Of a DNA stretch of 64,000 nucleotides, positions 12,992 through 26,409 are shown one piece after another. This stretch comes from Podarcis bocagei (lineage: Eukaryota), in NCBI GenBank assembly GCA_964188305.1, contig OZ076890.1. One strand, 5' to 3'. The notes beneath the pieces were generated by a model. It searched no databases and was not told where the DNA came from. It was given only the letters and a program-made list of their open reading frames with translations. Made by a program: the position numbers and the translations under genes. Position 1 is the first letter of the stretch, and each line of letters opens with the position of its first letter.

Positions 12992-13677
12992 CCGTATTTT
13001 GCGCCCCATAAGACGCTCCGGCCCATAAGACGCACCTAGTTTTTTGGGGGGGAAATAAAGAAAAAAAATTTATTCCCCCCCCCCCAGGTGCGGGGCTGGA
13101 AGAACCAGGTCGGGGAACAGTGGGAAGGCACGCTCTGCCTCCCCGCTGTCCCCCGAGCTTGTGGGGCTGGCGATGGGGAGAAGTGCACCAGTCCCGGGAG
13201 GGCAGGCAGCTCTGTGCCGCCATCCCGAGCGGGGCGGGACTTAGCGCCCCGCTCGGGATGGCGGCGTAGACCTGCCTGCAGTCCCGGACGGCAGGCAGCT
13301 CTGTGCCGCCATCCAGAGCGGGGCGGGACTTAGCGCCCCGCTCGGGATGGTGGCGCAGAGCTGCGCTGGTCCCAGGACCGCAGGCAGCTCTGCACGGCCA
13401 CCGGGAGCGGGGCGGAGCTTAGCGCCCCGCTCCGGATGGCTGCGCAGAGCTGCGCTGGTCCCGGGACTGCAGGCAGCTCTGCGCAACCCTCGGAGCCGGT
13501 CTCCCGGGGGTTGCGCAGAGCTTCCTGAAGCCTGGAGAGCGAGAGGGGTCGGTGCGCACCGACCCCCCTCGCTCTCCAGGCTTCAGCGAAAGCCTGCATT
13601 CGCCCCATAAGACGCAGGCACATTTCCCCTTCATTTTTGGAGGGGAAAAAGTGCGTCTTATGGGGCGAAAAATACGG
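12992..13677. mobile_element. Tc1/mariner-type MITE with internal GC-rich repeats
   Basis: TIRs ccgtattttgcgccccataagacgc / gcgtcttatggggcgaaaaatacgg, TA on both flanks; internal ~70-bp tandem and inverted GC-rich units. Confidence 0.85.
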
Positions 13678-13886
13678 TACTTTAGAAACACCCACTACAT
13701 GCATTTTAGATTCTCTGCTTGTTGAATAATTTTTTCTTCTATTTAACCAGTAGTTAATAGTTAGCATTTGTCCTAAGGTAGTTCGTTAAGCGCCCTTCTC
13801 TGCCAATAGATCTGTTGGAAATGCAGGGAGAAGGAGGCAGTAGCTGCAGTCATTAATGCAAGGATGGGAGAACCAGTGGCTCTGAC

Positions 13887-14267
13887 CACTGGGTTTTTTT
13901 CTTTTCTTTTTTTAAAAAAGGCTTAGGGGTACTGTCATTTTGACTCAAGAAAATCACCATTTTAGAGTTCAAATTGGGAAAAATAAATACAGTAAATGGA
14001 CAAAAGTACAAAGAACATGCATTACCTCATATTACACAGCTGACAGATCACAGTAACTTCACACATTAAATGCTCGCTTCCATCTGAGACTCGGGAAACA
14101 CCATGACAAGAAATGAGGCTGCCATCAGGGGTAGCAATGGAACTGATGATTTACCGTGCTAGAGAATAAACTAAAATATTTTAATTTTTTTAGTTTCTTC
14201 TCCCGTTAGATTCACAAAATGTTTAGGGGTATGCATACCCCTGCGTACCCCCAGGGAAAAAGCACTG
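13887..14267. mobile_element. non-autonomous hAT element
   Basis: 8-bp TSD gctctgac (13879-13886/14268-14275); imperfect TIRs cactgggttttt / aaaaagcactg. Confidence 0.65.
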
Positions 14268-14296
14268 GCTCTGACCATTGGCCATGCTGTCTGGGG

Positions 14297-14386
14297 CATA
14301 GCTGCCAACGTTTCCCTTTTTTAAAGGGAAATTCCCTTATTCCGAATAGGATTCCTCGCAAGAAAAGGGAAAAGTTGACAGCTATG
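14297..14386. mobile_element. 90-bp hAT MITE
   Basis: TIR catagctgccaac / gttgacagctatg; 8-bp TSD gtctgggg (14289-14296/14387-14394). Confidence 0.8.
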
Positions 14387-14709
14387 GTCTGGGGCTGATG
14401 GGAGTTCAACAACATGTGGAGAACCCAAGTTTCACCATTCCTGCCTTAATGGCACTCGCAAAAAAGGGCTGCAGCATGATATGCGGATCTGCTGCAAGGC
14501 TGGTTCAGCAATTTCCCAGCAATTCCATTTGTGAGGGAAAGCATTATTCTGTCTTGTGCAGTAGGCCAGAGCCCTTTCCTGAAAACATGCAAAATGTAGC
14601 ACAGAAACGTAATCGGATCCAGACGAAAACTCAAAGGTGATAGTTTGTTGCATCAAGAAGAAATAGGATGGTATAGATGCAGCTTTAATTCAACTTTTGT
14701 ACCTTTCAG

Positions 14710-14784
14710 GTCAAAAAGGGAGTCGCCGTGTTCCACCCAAGCCTAAAACGTCACCCAGCCCAAAAACACCTCAGACAAAACCAG
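14710..14784 (+). CDS. ABI3BP: ABI3BP exon (75 nt): (S/G)QKGSRRVPPKPKTSPSPKTPQTKP
   Basis: acctttcag acceptor, G|gtaagc donor. Confidence 0.88.
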
Positions 14785-15281
14785 GTAAGCACATCACTTT
14801 CAACAATTATTTTACATCAAAGTGTGTCTTTGGCCAAACCTGTGTCATTGAAACTTACTTTTGCAGTAGTTCACTGTTTATGAATGTATAAAGCTGTCGT
14901 ATACTGAATCAAGCCATTGGTCCACCTAGCCCAGTATTCTGTACTCTGACTGGCAGCAGTTCTTTGGGAACCAAAGCAGAGACTCTTTCTCATCCCCAGT
15001 ACCTGATTTTGTTTTAACTGGAGATGCCAGGGATCGCATCTAGAGCCATATCCAAATGCATGCCCTAAAATCAAAGGCGGATCCCTGCTGGATCACACCA
15101 CAGACCCATATACTCTAAAACATCCTGCTCTCACTGTGGCTGACCATATACCTATGAGGAGCAAAACCTGAATGCATAAGAACAGAAGCAGATGGCCTAT
15201 TTAGTCCAGCATCTGTTCTCACCATGGCCACCAAGATGCCTGTGGGAAACCCTCAAGCACCAGAACACTGTCCTCACCTAT

Positions 15282-15597
15282 GGTTTGAATCCTCATGACA
15301 GAGTGAGCTCCTCTTGCTCTGTCCTAGCTTCTGCCAACCTAGCAGTTCAAAACCATAACAATGCGAGTAGATAAATAGGTACTGCTGCGCCGGGAAGGTA
15401 AATGGAGTTTCCGTGCGCTCTGGCTTCTATCATAGTGTCCCATTGTGCCAGAAGCGGTTTAGTCATGCTGGCCAAATGACCTGGAAAGCTGTCTGTGGAC
15501 AAACGCTGGCTCCCTTGGCCTGAAGCAAAGTGAGCGCCGTACCCCGTAGTCAAATTTGACTGGACTTAACTGTCCAGGGGTCCTTTACCTTTACCTT
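15282..15597 (+). mobile_element. Sauria-type SINE, 5'-truncated and diverged
   Basis: matches the body and accttt tail of the 7355 family. Confidence 0.75.
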
Positions 15598-17092
15598 TTT
15601 ACTGTTGCACTCATGGAAGATAAGGCTATTGGTGGCTAGTTGCCAGTTTCTGGACATGCCTGGTTCTTCTCACAATCTATTTCCAAATGGATTTCCACGG
15701 TAAGCTGACTTCAAAATGTCAGTTTATGTTGGGGTGTGAGGAGTGGTGGCAAATGTGATATGAGCCATCCAAAATTCTGCTGAGTCAATGTATATGTCAC
15801 TGAACCAGGTGGTAAGTTTCTTTTTTATATGGATATTTATAACACATCATGGCATGACAGAGGGTTAAATTCAGTAGTGTTTTGGATCCCTTTCACCTTT
15901 TTTTAATAACTGTTTTTCTAATGCGTAGACCCATACAATAAACCTCATTGGTTTTGTCACAGGACTAATGCAAGATCATTTCTCGTCGGTTAAGATTTAG
16001 AGCTTAATTTGATTTATAGCTCACAACAAAGGATAAGGTGCATGGGCAGAGTGCTTTTTACTTTACCACTGAGTGACAACCACCAGTTCTGATTCATCTG
16101 GAATTAGTTCTGTGATGGGCTTGCAGGGCAGGATGTGGTTTCTAATGAAGCTTGGAATGTTTCAGAGATTATGTGGTTAAAATTGAGAGATGGAAAGTAG
16201 AGGGTATTTAATGCTAAAGGCTTTTGTTGCTATAATTCAGCTCTCCTTTTCTGTGGATTGTTTGAATGGAATGTGACTATACAATATTTACATCTTATAT
16301 TAAAGCATTTCATTTTCTAGCACATTTGTCTTTTAAAGAAGCTTTGTGTATATAAAAAGATTTCCTGGTGAGGTTTGAAATAATGTTGAAATGCAGTGGA
16401 GCTGATTTACATTCTGTGGAGACTGGAATTATAAATAGTGTCACTTTTTCCACTATATAATAGTCTGAAGAAGGCAGCTCTTGAGCATCCTCCTTAAAAA
16501 GAAGCATTTGTTTCAATACATTAGACATATGAGAGTGTTTATTTTCTGAGGCAATTGACTTTCCAAAAAGAAGGCTAAGGCACCAAGAGCTATCAAAATA
16601 CAATGGTGGGAATCAAGCCCTGGCTTTAAGAATGAAACTCTCCTGTCTGTTGAGAACAAATGGTTCCTGTCGACACAAGTCCCTTGTACAGTGCTATCTT
16701 CTGTTCCCTACAGTATCAAAGTTAAGGATATATCTTCTGAGATATCTTGGGCAACTACTCAAGCGTTTTATTTATTTGGGATGCTTGAACACCCTTAGAA
16801 CTCTCCTGTCAGAACTTATTCTCAATGTGGGAAACTTGGGATGGGGAAGATGAGTGGTTGAGGACATGGGAGCTGGCACATACACCCTACTTTTACAGAG
16901 TTAACGCCCTCTCACATGTGGCTGTATGCCTCAAAGGAGCTTTAAAGAGCTCCTGATGTGTGTTTAAGTATTCTGCTTGCAAAGAGAGCAGGAATTACAG
17001 TTTCTTTGGGATAAGGTAGAATTGAAAACACAAATTTAGAGCACATGATTTCACCCAAAGAGTCCTGGGAATTGTAGTTTCCTCCTCAGTTA

Positions 17093-17451
17093 CCGTATTG
17101 GCTTGAATATAAGCCGCACCCAGACATAAGGCACACCTTTAAAATTGGAGGGGGGGGAGAGAAAAAGAAAAAAATACCTGAATATTAGCCGCTCCATTCC
17201 TCGCTGCTCCTGGCTGCATACTGCGGGGGGGGGGGATCTGTGCTGCGTTGCCAGCGGCCTTTCCCCTTCCTCACTCTCTCCGGCCTTGGGGGAGAGGGCG
17301 GGGACTACACACGGGGTGGGCACCACTTTGCCCCTCTCCTGGCTCTGTTTGCCCCATGCTCCCGACTGCATACTGTAAGGTCGCAAATGTAAGCCGCACT
17401 TTTAACTTTTCACGTGGTAAAAAAGTGAGGCTTATATTCAGGCCAATACAG
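17093..17451. mobile_element. Tc1/mariner-type MITE
   Basis: TIR ccgtattggcttgaatataagc / gcttatattcaggccaatacag, TA flanks. Confidence 0.8.
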
Positions 17452-18586
17452 TACAATTAGCAGCACCTATGGGCTTGCCCTGCCGCTGCTGCCACTCCCT
17501 CCACCACCATATCTGCCACTGCCTACACTGCCCACTCTGCTGCCACCGCACACCTTGCTGCATCCGCCTCTGGGGAAGACGTGGTGCCACAATCAGTGTC
17601 AATTCCAGGCAAGATTGCACTGCTTTGGGGTAAGATTTTGTGTGCTCTACAATATCTCATGTGATTTCAGACAAGATCTCACCCTAAATGGACATGATCT
17701 CTCCCGAAATCAGTGATGATGGTGACACTGCTTCTGCACTACAAGCAGAGGGGGCTGGGCAGGCAGGAAGCACGGGGGGGGGGCTGCCTCAGCAACTCCT
17801 GCCACCTGAGGCAATGGGCTCATCCTGCCTAATGGCTGAGCAGGCTCTGGCAGCATCCTTAACAAACAACTCTTCACGTGATTCTTTGGGATAAGTAAAT
17901 GCTCATTGGATGTGCTTTAAATGTATGGTGTATCTGCCAGCGAGTCCACAGCAAATTTACTGTCTCACATTAGGAGGAGAAAACAACTTGCAGAAATAAT
18001 TAAGCAACCATCCTAATTTTGCTCTCATTAAAAATCATTACTTATAGTAAGAATTGTTTTAACAATGAGAACATTTATCTCAGTGCTGGTGGTCTTTCCA
18101 TTTCGCTGGAGGCTTTAATCAGATGCAGGGCAGCCATCTATCAGAGATGCCATGACTCACATATCTTCTAAGAACAAAATATAATCCCCCCCCCTTCAAA
18201 ATATAGTTTTATTCAGGGGCAAATTTATGCAGACTTAATTACTGATCAATTGGCTGAAACAACTGGCATACAAACAAGTGGCTGAGATTTCCTAAGAGGA
18301 GGAACTCGCCAATTTTAATGTATTCTTGAGTTCTTGTCCTAATTTATGTTCTTCAAACAGGATCAGGTTTGTTTTCTTTTTGTTATTGCTTTCTTAATGT
18401 TATTAAAAGCAAAGCTGTCTTTTCTTTGTTTAAAGTTTGTGAATATATCAGATTCAGTGTTCTTTTTTTATCCAGATATATTTACTTTGCCTGTGGAAGG
18501 ACAGACACAAGCTTTGTTGTACAGACACACAAATTTCTGTTCCAGGAAAACATTAAAAAGTATAACACTCCTGGTTATTTTTTCAG

Positions 18587-18661
18587 TTCAAAAGGAAATG
18601 CAGCCTGTTCCTTCCAAATCTAAAATCTCTTCAACCACAGACACACCACAGACTGGACCTG
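18587..18661 (+). CDS. ABI3BP: ABI3BP exon (75 nt): VQKEMQPVPSKSKISSTTDTPQTGP
   Basis: ttattttttcag acceptor, G|gtaaa donor. Confidence 0.85.
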
Positions 18662-19133
18662 GTAAATAACTTTTACATCTGAACATCTTAAATGATCCAG
18701 TTTAAGAGATGGAATATGATATGAAAAGCTTTCTTTTAATTTCATTGTTGTAAAGAAGCAGATATTCATTAAGGCAGGATAAATGTTAAACTCCTTGGAA
18801 ACAGTGACCGCAAAGCTGTCAAGCTCAACGTATATGTTTATGCAAAATTTCCTCAAATAGCCAATGCTTTTCAGGATAGGGAGTTATGGGAAAAAAGTTG
18901 GGATAGTTCAAATGAAGCTGAAAGGGAAAGTCTGGAAGGTCAATCATTTCAGAAGCCTAGTGGCTATTTCAAAAGCACCATTATGGCTCAGTCAATAGGG
19001 TCAGATAAAATCTCTACCTCCGATTAGAATGGGCACAAACAAGTGCCCAAAGATTCCTATGTGGTTAAAGAACATAGTCTTATAAAAGTCATAAAAGGCA
19101 AGAAAACTTCATCTGTGAAATAATGTCACGCCA

Positions 19134-19373
19134 GAGCCAGTGTGGTGTAGTGGTTAAGAGCGGTAGACTCCTAATCTGGGGAACCGGGTTCATGTCTCTG
19201 CTCCTCCACATGCAGCTGCTGGGTGGACTTGGGCCAGTCACACTTCTTTGAAGTCTCTCAGCCCCACTCACCTCACAGAGTGTTGTGGGGGAGGAAGGGA
19301 AAGGAGAACGTTAGCCACTTTGAGACTCCTTCGGGTAGTGATAAAGCGGGATCCAAACTTCTTCTTCTTCTTC
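19134..19373 (+). mobile_element. tRNA-derived squamate SINE (Squam3-like)
   Basis: gccagtgtggtgtagtggttaagagc A-box head, (ctt)n tail. Confidence 0.7.
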
Positions 19374-19432
19374 TAAATAAGAGGGTGAGGGGAATCTGGC
19401 AAAACAAATATGTGACGGCAAATCCAAAATGC

Positions 19433-19477
<45 letters not shown>

Positions 19478-20660
19478 TATTATTTATACCCCACCCATCT
19501 GGCTTGGTTTCCCCAGCCACTCTGGGTGGCTTCCAACAAAATATTAAAATACAGTAGTCTATTAAACATTAAAAGCTTCCCTAAATATATGAAAACAAAC
19601 TATTACAAAAACACATGACAAGTAAGAAACCTTTCAGAGAGCAAGAAGGTAAGGACCATTACAGCAGTAACTGGTGAAGTAGTTCACTTGTGGGACCTGA
19701 CAGAGGCCATTGGTTGGCAGTGTGGGGAAAAGAGAGCCTATCTTTGCCAATAATCATTGAGCCATATGGAAGCGGGCAGCAGTTCAGCCAGCACTGTGCA
19801 AGCCTGCTGTTGTTGTTGACTAACTAGCAGCCTTCTGGTGTTGGAATGGGCTGCTGTTGCCAGCCAATCTGTAACTTCATGCTTGCAAAGTGGTGACTGA
19901 ATCATCTGCTGCCTTCACTATCATTGCCCTACAATTGCTGTTGTTAAATTTCTATCCTGCCTTTCCTCCAAGAAACCCAAGGTTGCATAAATGTCTCTCT
20001 TCCCCATTCTGTCCTAACGACAACCCTGTGCGGTACAATAGGCTGAGAGACAGTGACTGGCCCAAAAGTCACCCAGTGAGCTTCAAGGGTAAGTGTGGAT
20101 TTGAATGCTCGTCTCCCTGGTCCTAGCCAAAAGCTTATCCAGTCATGGCAGCAGAAGATTCCCATCAGAGAATCATTTCATTAGGCACTGCTTATGGCAA
20201 CGGCTTTAAATGGATTCTCAAGGAAGACAGTCAAATAGCAAAGAAAACAAATGGTTTTCTGCTCAGAAGTACCATTCTGTTCAGAACCCACCTGGGTTAG
20301 TGAGCATAGCATTGCAGCCTAAATAAGTTATTTGCATCAGTACTTTCTGCAATGTTGCCTAGGGAAGTGATGGAGCCATATCATGCAATCCAGCCTATTG
20401 CTGAATCCTGACTAAACTCCAACCCGAATATAAATCAAGGGCGTTTCTTCAGCACACCAAAATCTTTTTTATATAAATATGTAGCTTTTTCCTTTCAAAC
20501 TACAGTTTAAGAAACATAATAAAAGTCTCAGTCGAGAAAATTCTGCTATCTTACAGCTTTCAGCTCTTTAGCACGATCTGGGCACACGCACTAATGTAAA
20601 ATAAATAGTTGTATTAATCTTCTCCAGTTCTCTCACGATGTGTCTCAATTTTTTCCCTAG

Positions 20661-20738
20661 CAGAAATTATTCCATTCTCTCAAGGTCCTGCCACCACCAT
20701 CATACCTCATGTTCCTGAAAAGGCAAAGGCAATGCCGG
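20661..20738 (+). CDS. ABI3BP: ABI3BP exon (78 nt, or 75 via NAGNAG): AEIIPFSQGPATTIIPHVPEKAKAMP
   Basis: ttttttccctag acceptor, G|gtaat donor, phase 1-1. Confidence 0.75.
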
Positions 20739-22166
20739 GTAATCCTATTATTTACTCACAGTCATGTTTTTTCTCATAATTCTTTCAGGCAAAGGCATTC
20801 CCTGAAGAACCTTGCATCTTAGTACTGCAGCTAGTAACTAGCCTCTCTTTCCATTTACTCAACTGCCGTTTGATACAAAACACACAATAATTGTTGAACC
20901 TCACATGAAGAAATTATTAAGTCGATGGCATTTCTGCTTATTCTCAGTCTTTGAGACATCAAGATTAATTTTGTTCAACACCATTTCTGTATGAAAGTTA
21001 CTCCATTGCTTTAAAAAAACACACACGTTATCATGATTTCCCTTGAACAAGAGTACAATTTGCCTTACTTGGATCTGGTGTACTTTATAGGGATATTTAG
21101 AACAGACTGCAAAACAGCAAATTATGGCACCATACGAGACTGAGGCTACAATTATAGTGCACCCTTACCTGGAAGTAGGATCCATTGAGCTTATCATATA
21201 TAGGATTGCAGCCTTGGCCTGGAAATAAGTATCATTGAACTAAATGATACTTCTGACACACAGGATTACATTGTAAAGCTGCAGCCTAAAGCAATATATA
21301 TACATAGGTGACAGGGAGAAGGGAAATCTCACATGCAAACAAACCACTGATATTTTACTACAGCAGTTCCTCTGCCAAGGAACCGTTGCTTCTGTTCAAT
21401 TTCGTAAGTAGTGAGTCTTGCCACTACTGTTGCTGTGAAAATGTCAAGTAAAGGTCTGGCTGACTGCATACACTTTCTCCTATGCAGCCTGAGTAGTTTA
21501 TCATAATGTAAAACCCTACTTCATCAGGTACATGAAGTGCAGAGACAAGGTGTTGGGTATGTGTACATGGTCTGGAGTGCAAAGAAGGAAACCATGACTA
21601 AAATGATGCTGGTAATTTGGGCATGAAACATAAATACACAGCACCATCAAACTGATCTGCATTCGCTTGTGCATACAAACATGATGTGGCACTAAATTAA
21701 TGGGGCACGTGTATGAATTTTGTTGCAGAGACAAAGCATTGCTATTCTTCCCTGGATTTTTCTTTAAGGGCCTTGTTGGGTCTTACATTTCAGGCAGGCA
21801 GGGTAAGCATTGGGAAGGTTTGATATCTCTGTTCTCACAGAGATCTCAGCACAAATGAAAATATCAGGTTCATCATCATGTGGGTGGTTAAGTTTTCTTA
21901 ATTTTGGTTTTGGTTTTTTGTATTTTCGTTGTTGTTGTCTGCTTCTCTTCTCCCTGCACAGGGAATACTACTTGAAAGAATATTTGTTATTCAGAAGTTC
22001 ATCCTCCTCCTCATCATCATCACTATTGTCTTCCCTTTTGGTTCTCCTTCCTAGTTGGCTTCTGCATTTTTGCTTTCACATTCTTAGCTTCTTTCAGGCT
22101 GAGAGACAAATATGTTCTTGCGGGTTATAATCCAGGTTTGCATTTTCTCTCTCTCTTCTATTTCAG

Positions 22167-22241
22167 CTTCAACAGTAGAACAGTTCATTCCTAATAAATC
22201 AAAACCAACTACCAGGCCAAGAATGCTAGAGACCAAACCTG
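22167..22241 (+). CDS. ABI3BP: ABI3BP exon (75 nt): ASTVEQFIPNKSKPTTRPRMLETKP
   Basis: long pyrimidine tract + cag, G|gtaat donor. Confidence 0.87.
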
Positions 22242-23426
22242 GTAATTGAGTCACTTTTGTAATTCTATACATTCATATAATTATATTGTTAGCCAAACCT
22301 CGCTTTCTGTATTTTTAGAGGAAAAATAGCCAAATTCCTCCTGGTTATTCCTGAGCAGCTATACTCATAAGGGGAAAATACGATACCATGGCCCTTGTTT
22401 TCTGTGGAAACTATTATATGGTTGCCAGATTTAGCAAAATATCCCAACCTGAGAAGACAGAAATGTCAGGGGTATTATCATGGATAGTCAGAGCTTTCTT
22501 CTTCTTGAAAGGGTGTCCTAATTGTTATGTATTTATTTTGTTACTGAAACTAACAATAAAGACATAAATATAAGCGGCAGAACACTTGTAGGGACTGGAA
22601 GGAGCTGCAGTGGTGAATTAAAGCCTTTTGCTGTTATCAGCATCCTTTTCACCATGCCCAGTTAGCTAAGATACTGTTTGGAACACAATACGCAGCTAGT
22701 GAGCCATTGCTGCTTATATTGTTGACTTTCTACACTTATTTGTGCTCACGCATTCTGAACAATCACACAGCTTGTGTGTGGAATCTATGGGTGGCATTCA
22801 GCTCAGTTTTACTCAGGGTAGAGCCATTGAAATTAACGGGTAGTCATTAGCCATCATTAATTTCAGTGAGTCTACTCTGAGTTAGAATTAGTTGAATATA
22901 CCCCATTTGTGACATTTTGAAGGACACAATCCACAGAGCTCCCTCAGTAAGGGACTGTGTGGATGCAAAGGAGCTTTACCTTTTCTTTTCAGTCCCCAGA
23001 TCCCACAGCAATCTACTTCGTAAACTGTTTCAAACTGCTATGTGTAAAGCTTTATGCGTTGAAACGTTTGCAGATACTTCAATAATCACCCTTTGTCATC
23101 TCTCTATAATGCTGGAGATCACTTAAGTTAGAAAAGAAATTATATCAAATAATATTTTCCAAGCAATTGTTTCCATTTCAGTGTGCTTTTCATTTTTCAA
23201 CATTATTCTTGTATGAAACTTACCCTGACTGAACGTGATATTAAATGCATCTTTGCAGTCGTGTGTGCAAATAGCTGGTCTCACTTGGGACTACAAGGTA
23301 GTGGTAACTGTTTGCGCTATATGGGAAGCTGTTCCTATTCTCAGTGTTGTTTTGATTTGTACATACTATCTTTTATATTTCCTTTATTTCAGCTTTGTAA
23401 AGATGTTCACTTTTTCCTTCCAACAG

Positions 23427-23501
23427 CAGTACACCGAACAACCCCACAACCACTTATAATCAAACCTACCATATCATCTGAACGACAAAAGTCAACTATG
23501 G
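23427..23501 (+). CDS. ABI3BP: ABI3BP exon (75 nt): AVHRTTPQPLIIKPTISSERQKSTM
   Basis: tttttccttccaacag acceptor, G|gtaaa donor. Confidence 0.83.
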
Positions 23502-24760
23502 GTAAAAACTTCCACATTGAAACTAATGCTCTGTTTCTTCCCTCTTCAGCAAAAAGAACAATTTGCCTCATTATTTTGTGTTGTGACGTCCCATTATTTT
23601 ATTTTCTGCTTCTCCATATATGTTGCTGTAATCTCTCATAGCTACCTTAGAACTGGTTTCCCAGGAGCTGAAAACACCATGTTGACCAGTGGTATAATGG
23701 TAAATTTGAAATGCACAAACTTATTGTGACAGCTCTCAAAGCCACACCCCCAAATCCATAGCCACACCCCCAAGAAGAGTAAGAAATGCATGAGCTAGCA
23801 TAGGAGAATATAGTAGATGGCATGTTGGACATGGCTAGGGAAAGACGTATGTTTGCATACTTGGTCAACCCAAGAAATTCACTGGATGACTTTGGGCCAG
23901 TCACTGTCTGTGCCTAGCCATCCCAACAAAGGGATCATATGCCAGGCAATCCCTGCTAGAGTTGTACAAAAATAGCCACAGTGAAGATACATAAATATAT
24001 TTTCCCCCTCCTCTCATAATAGTAGAACCTGGGGTCATCCATATTGGAATTATCAGAACAGACAAACACATCACATAGTTACACTGTGCACTTTGCTAGT
24101 ACAAGATGTAATGATAGCCACCAACTTGGGTGATTTTCAAAAGGGATTGGACAATTCATGGAGGATGCAGCTGTCAAATTATGGCTGCTAGTGGTGATGG
24201 CTATGTACTATCTCCAGTATCAGTTGCTGGGGGACACAAGTAGGGAGAGTCCCATTACACTCACGTCCTCCTTGTGGGCTTCCCATAGACGTCCCATAGG
24301 TTGGCCACTGTGAGAACAGGATGCTGGACTAGATGGGCCTTTGGGTTGATTATACAGTGCTCTTCTTATGTTGTCCAACCCCAGAGCTTACACCAATGCC
24401 AAATACCACCCCAACAGATGGCATCATCACTCCTGTTGTGAAAAAATATTTCAAAGCTGTGCTCCCTCATGTTCCTGCTCCAATACGCCACTGCTGTGGA
24501 CATCCTGTTTTCTGTCTTTCAGACCTGCAATATTGTTTTCTACGGAGCTTGACCATTCTTCTTTATCATTTATTTTGTATCGCACTTTATATCATCGCAC
24601 TCTTCTAATTTTCAAAGTCTTTTTTCATCAGCTGTCAGAAACACATGGAATCATTGTTTTTTTGCTTAATGCTTTTAAGGCATGTACTCTCACTTGAGCT
24701 AAACATGGCATGAATCTGAATTCTAAAGACTATAATAACAATCCTACTCCTTTTTTCCAG

Positions 24761-24835
24761 CTCCAAAAGAAACACGGTTTATTCCTCCTAAACCCAAAAC
24801 ATCTGGCAAACCAGAAGTACCCCAGACAAAACCTG
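24761..24835 (+). CDS. ABI3BP: ABI3BP exon (75 nt): APKETRFIPPKPKTSGKPEVPQTKP
   Basis: ccttttttccag acceptor, G|gtaat donor. Confidence 0.9.
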
Positions 24836-25577
24836 GTAATTGCATTCTTTGTAACATTCAGGGTAGGTAGGATTTTAGCAGACTTTGAAAATGGTGTCAT
24901 TGTGCTTTTAGACTTAGCACATGTGGTATCTTGGAGTATATTAGTCGCATCTTTTTTCAATATATTGTGAACTGTAATAGAAATAGACTGAAAGCTGAAT
25001 TAAAACAACAACAACCCCCCAAAAAATTAGATGTAAGTCTGCCACTGGTCTGCTCCTAGAATCCAAAACAGATGGAGATTTCAGTTTTATCATTGTATAT
25101 GTTGCTTCAGTATCCATTGCTGTGTTTGTTCTCTGTTCAGTAAATAGTAGTGTCAGAAAACAGTGGTAGGGAGAGGGCTGGCCTTCCCTCTCTCTGCCTC
25201 GCTCCTTGGGAAATACTGACAGAGTAGCAAAGGAGCAATTGGATCCCTGTGTTGTCTCCTTCCATGAGAGGAGACAGGCAGAAGGATCCCACATGAGATA
25301 ACTTAACATAACGTGACTTTTTAAAACTTTGCAGCTGGCTAAATCCACATATGAACTTACATAACATCATCTTTTTAAAGTTTTAGCAGGATCCCAAGTA
25401 TTAGTACATGTTTTAACTTCTTTATTTGTTGGAGTGGGTTATTAATTACGTCTTTTTATATTGATTTAGCTTTGGGTTCTTTAAGAGAAACATATTCAGG
25501 GTGTGATCCCACCGCCCTCTATCATGGTGGGGCTTTATGGAGTAGATGTGGTAGGAGGTTGGGGCAGAGGTAGGAGG

Positions 25578-25866
25578 TTTACTGGCCGAGGGAGCTGGCA
25601 TTTGTCTGCAGACAATTTTTCCGGGTCATGTGGCCAACATGACTAAGCCGCTTCTGGCGAAACCAGAGCAGCACACGGAAACACCGTTTACCTTCCAGCC
25701 AGAGCAGTACCTATTTATCTACTTGCACTTTGACGTGCTTTCGAACTGCTAGGTGGGCAGGAGCAGGGACAGAGCAGCAGGAGCTCAGCCCATCGTGGGG
25801 ATTCAAACCGCCGACCTTCCGATCAGCAAGCCCTAGGCTCAGTGGTTTAGACCACAGCACTACCTG
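25578..25866 (-). mobile_element. Sauria-type SINE, 3'-truncated
   Basis: reverse-complement match to the 7355 family. Confidence 0.8.
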
Positions 25867-25937
25867 TGGGCAGAGAGACATAGGTAGGTTTAATATAAAT
25901 AGCTATTCCTTTAGTCTTAGTATCTGCCCAGGAGGCA

Positions 25938-26127
25938 TGTTGTTGTTTAGTCGTTTAGTCATGTCTGACTCTTCGTGGCCCCGTGGACCAGAGCATGCCA
26001 GGCACTTCTGTCTTCCACTGCCTCCCGCAGTTTGGTCAAACTCCTACTGGTAGCTTCGAGAACACTGTCCAACCATCTCGTCCTCTGTCATCCCCTTCTC
26101 CTTGTGCCCTCAATCTTTCCCAACATT
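25938..26127 (-). mobile_element. BovB (RTE) LINE 3' end
   Basis: (caa)n tail and sequence shared with 44568-44921 and 56408-57088. Confidence 0.8.
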
Positions 26128-26337
26128 TCCCAGGAAGCATACAACGTACCTAATTACAGACTTAATAAAAATATCAAATGTTACTTTGTAATATGTCTGT
26201 CCTGCAAGAAAATAGCATATTGTGTCTTATTATTCTCAAACAAAATAAAGAAAGACTCATGCTTGTTCTCATCTCATGTGTGACTCAGACAAACTATGCC
26301 CTAATCTCAGTTGGCAATCCTATGTTGTTCTCTGTAG

Positions 26338-26409
26338 CACCAATTGCAACGGACCTGGGGTCAATTAACCTCCACATTCATGTTTTCGATGGCTCCAAAG
26401 ATACTTTGG
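26338..26409 (+). CDS. ABI3BP: ABI3BP exon (72 nt): APIATDLGSINLHIHVFDGSKDTL
   Basis: ttgttctctgtag acceptor, G|gtaat donor; paralog of 6910-6981. Confidence 0.8.

Noticed and set aside
13200-13480. regularly spaced GC-rich repeats, superficially CRISPR-like
   Set aside because: eukaryotic MITE interior; the spacers resemble each other and there are no cas genes
12969-13767. overlapping ORFs in the GC-rich MITE
   Set aside because: products of internal repeats; no transposase motifs
21364-21403. exon-like segment with a cagcag acceptor and gtaagt donor
   Set aside because: 40 or 37 nt, not frame-preserving and not similar to the repeat classes; at best a decayed exon
23642-23699. possible exon after tctcatag
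   Set aside because: in-frame TGA and TAA stops
24385-24440. P/T-rich frame ELTPMPNTTPTDGIITPV after a cag
   Set aside because: no phase-1 GT donor found, and it abuts a CR1 fragment; cannot be supported as an exon
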